DNA of 64,000 nt from Vulcanimicrobiota bacterium (GTDB taxonomy: Bacteria; Vulcanimicrobiota; Vulcanimicrobiia; Eremiobacterales; Eremiobacteraceae), in assembly GCA_963812135.1 (NCBI GenBank), contig CAWETU010000001.1:1600001-1664000 (forward strand). The letters run 5' to 3'. Shown here in pieces: positions 61,740-64,000 of this stretch. The translations under genes were made by a program, and so were the position numbers. Each line of letters begins with the position of its first letter. Position 1 is the first letter of the stretch. The notes beneath the pieces are model-generated. The model did no database searches. It was given only the letters and a program-made list of their open reading frames with translations, and was not told where the DNA came from.

Positions 61740-62230
61740 CAGGCGAGAAGCGGTTCATTTGCGCTCCCCGTCATGCGCTCCTCGCCGCCCTCGAGCGCGA
61801 TCTGTAAGCCCAGCAACGACCGCCGTACGTCGTGCGCGAGCGCGCGCCGGACGAAAAGCGCGTCGCGTAGCGCTCCGAGCGCACCGCCGTACACCGGATA
61901 ACCGACCGAGCAGTGGACGCGCGTGCCGCTGCGCCGCTGTTCGAATCGGAATTCGATCCGCCGGGCCGCAGAGAGGCTGCCTTCGAGCCACAGGAAGGCG
62001 TTGGGCACGATGCGGATGACGTCGAAGAGCTCGCGCCAACGCCGGCGCCCGCGCTGCATGCAGATCTCGATTTCTTGATCGCGCACCAGGTCGCCATGCG
62101 CCTGACCGTTACGTTGCGCCGACACGACGAACGTGAGCCACAGCGGCCAGTGCGTCAGATCGGAAACGAAGTCGAACACCCGGTTGACGGGCAGCTCGAC
62201 GTCGATGCATTCGCTGCAGATCGCTTTCAT
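61739..62230 (-). CDS. SRPBCC (START-like) family protein
   Basis: IDVELPVNRVFDFVSDL..WP.W; ATG 62230. Confidence 0.75.
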   Translation of the reverse strand: MKAICSECIDVELPVNRVFDFVSDLTHWPLWLTFVVSAQRNGQAHGDLVRDQEIEICMQRGRRRWRELFDVIRIVPNAFLWLEGSLSAARRIEFRFEQRRSGTRVHCSVGYPVYGGALGALRDALFVRRALAHDVRRSLLGLQIALEGGEERMTGSANEPLLA

Positions 62231-62244
62231 CGAGGAACCTCCAG

Positions 62245-62703
62245 ATGCGCCCGGAAAGGGTGCCGCACGATATGTTTCGCGTCCGCGTCGCCGCGCTGTG
62301 CATCGATGCCGGCCGGATCTTGCTCGCCAAGCACGTGCGCGGCCCGCACGTCGCGTACTTGTTGCCGGGAGGCGGCATCGAGCCGGGCGAGAGCGCCACG
62401 ACGGCGCTGAGAAGAGAACTGGACGAGGAGGCCGGGGTCGACTGCGAGACCGGCGCGCTGCGCTACCTCGTCGAGACGCTCGCGCCAAACGGCGCGCGCC
62501 ACCTCATCCAGCTCGTCTTCAGCGCCGCGCTGCGTGGCACGCTCGGGCCGTCGCGGGATCCACGCGTCGCGGAGTGCGCGTGGCACCCGATCGCCGACCT
62601 GCGCAGCTTGCCCATCTACCCGGACACCGGAGCGCAGCTCGCCGGCGACTTGGAGCATCCCGTCGCCGGCTGCCGATACCTCCACGTCGCGTGGAGGCCG
62701 TAA
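62245..62703 (+). CDS. NUDIX hydrolase (start may be 62272)
   Basis: LPGGGIEPGE.....LRRELDEEAG Nudix box. Confidence 0.88.
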   Translation: MRPERVPHDMFRVRVAALCIDAGRILLAKHVRGPHVAYLLPGGGIEPGESATTALRRELDEEAGVDCETGALRYLVETLAPNGARHLIQLVFSAALRGTLGPSRDPRVAECAWHPIADLRSLPIYPDTGAQLAGDLEHPVAGCRYLHVAWRP

Positions 62704-62708
62704 CATGT

Positions 62709-63773
62709 CTACCTGCTGTACCTCAGGAACGCAGGGACTTCGATCTCGTCCATGTTCACCGGCTTGACCTTCTCGATCTCGCCCACGCCGATGACGCGTT
62801 GCTTCTCACGTGCGCGCGACCCGAATCCGGTGGCCAGCACCGTGACGCGGACCTCGCTGTTCATGTTCTCCTCGATCGTCGCGCCGAAGATCACCTCCGC
62901 GTCCGGATCGACCGCCTTGCTGATCAGCTCGGCCGCTTCGTTGACCTCGTACATCGATAGATCCGGTCCGCCGTAGATGTTGAAGATCACGCCGCGCGCG
63001 CCGTCGATCGTCGCCTCGAGCAGCGGGCTCGAGATCGCCTTTTGCGCCGCATCAGCCGCGCGGTTCTCACCCGATGCCTTGCCGATCCCCATGAGAGCGG
63101 ATCCGGCGTCGGTCATGACGCGCCGCACATCGGCGAAGTCGAGGTTGATCAATCCCGGCTGCGTGATGAGATCGGTGATGCCCTGGATGCCCTGGCGCAA
63201 GACGTCGTCAGCGCTTTTGAACGCTTCGGTGAGCGGCGTGCGCTTCTCGATGATGGACAGCAGCCGGTCGTTGGGGATGACGATCAGCGTGTCGACCTTC
63301 TGCTCGAGATCCGAGATGCCGCGCTCGGCGATCTGCGCGCGCTTGCGCAGCTCGAATCCGAATGGTTTGGTCACGACGCCGACGGTGAGCGCGCCCGCCG
63401 TGCGCGCCATCTCCGCCACGATCGGCGATGCACCGGTGCCGGTGCCGCCGCCCATGCCGGCGGCGATGAACACCAAGTCGGCGCCCTCGACGAGCATGGC
63501 GACGTCTTCTTTTGATTCTTCGGCGGCCTGACGCCCGATCTCCGGATCGGCGCCCGCCCCCAAGCCGCGCGTCAGATTCTGGCCGATCTGCAGCGTGTTC
63601 TCGGCGCGTGAGTTCTTGAGCGCCTGCACGTCCGTGTTGATCGAGTAGAACTCGGCGCCCCGGATGCCTGAATCGACCATCCGGTTGATCGCGTTGCAGC
63701 CGGCCCCACCGACGCCGATCACCTTGATGCTCGCCATGTGCTCCGGCACGTAGCGCCGCGGATTTTCCGTCAT
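62709..63773 (-). CDS. ftsZ: Cell division protein FtsZ
   Basis: [26 protein letters not shown]-terminal IEVPAFLR. Confidence 0.98.
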   Translation of the reverse strand: MTENPRRYVPEHMASIKVIGVGGAGCNAINRMVDSGIRGAEFYSINTDVQALKNSRAENTLQIGQNLTRGLGAGADPEIGRQAAEESKEDVAMLVEGADLVFIAAGMGGGTGTGASPIVAEMARTAGALTVGVVTKPFGFELRKRAQIAERGISDLEQKVDTLIVIPNDRLLSIIEKRTPLTEAFKSADDVLRQGIQGITDLITQPGLINLDFADVRRVMTDAGSALMGIGKASGENRAADAAQKAISSPLLEATIDGARGVIFNIYGGPDLSMYEVNEAAELISKAVDPDAEVIFGATIEENMNSEVRVTVLATGFGSRAREKQRVIGVGEIEKVKPVNMDEIEVPAFLRYSR

Positions 63774-63790
63774 TCCCCTATCCCCCTGGC

Positions 63791-64000
63791 CTAAAGCCTG
63801 AAGACTTGGCCCACCCACGTCGTGACACGCGACCATGTGCCACGACCATTCGTGCGCTCCGGTTTGCCGCCGCCGTCGCCGGCGGCGCCGAAAAGCACGA
63901 GCCCGACCGCGGTGGCATACGCCGGGTTCTTGATGGTCTCTGTGAGGCCGCCGACGTGCATCGGGTGACCGATGCGCGCCGGCAAATCGAAGTAGTCCGA
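63791..64000 (-). CDS. ftsA: Cell division protein FtsA, C-terminal part (5' end outside window)
   Basis: LPARIG.P..VGGL...P.YATAVGLV plus amphipathic tail; directly upstream of ftsZ. Confidence 0.9.
   Translation of the reverse strand, partial: SDYFDLPARIGHPMHVGGLTETIKNPAYATAVGLVLFGAAGDGGGKPERTNGRGTWSRVTTWVGQVFRL

Overview
High-GC bacterial chromosomal window, mostly housekeeping genes on the minus strand. Gene order is Bacillota-like (tadA-tRNA-ffs; ruvX-mltG; rpsU-yqeY-nfeD-floA-phoH-ybeY-dgkA-cdd-recO; rpmE-prfA-prmC; rapZ-yvcK; ftsA-ftsZ). The overall gene content suggests a Terrabacteria lineage such as Ca. Eremiobacterota/Vulcanimicrobiota (inference only). The window holds 10 tRNAs, SRP RNA, RNase P RNA, an A2-type caa3 oxidase locus (ctaA, ctaB, ctaC-D-E, SCO), an IclR-glycerate cluster and tRNA-flanked islets of secreted proteins (about 27.3-39.7 kb). 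No CRISPR array, prophage, integrase or transposase was recognised. Most notable observations: (1) a 24-nt GTAG-type REP palindrome family in 5 copies with a compensatory base change; (2) ribosomal protein L31 with a ~190-aa coiled-coil/histone-H1-like tail; (3) a YtpB-like terpene cyclase beside rnpB; (4) a cupredoxin lacking its copper ligands downstream of an EcxA-like metalloprotease; (5) apparent frameshifts in ybeY and glycerate dehydrogenase plus a start-less glycerate kinase, probably assembly indels. Product calls come from motif recognition by eye; no database search was run.
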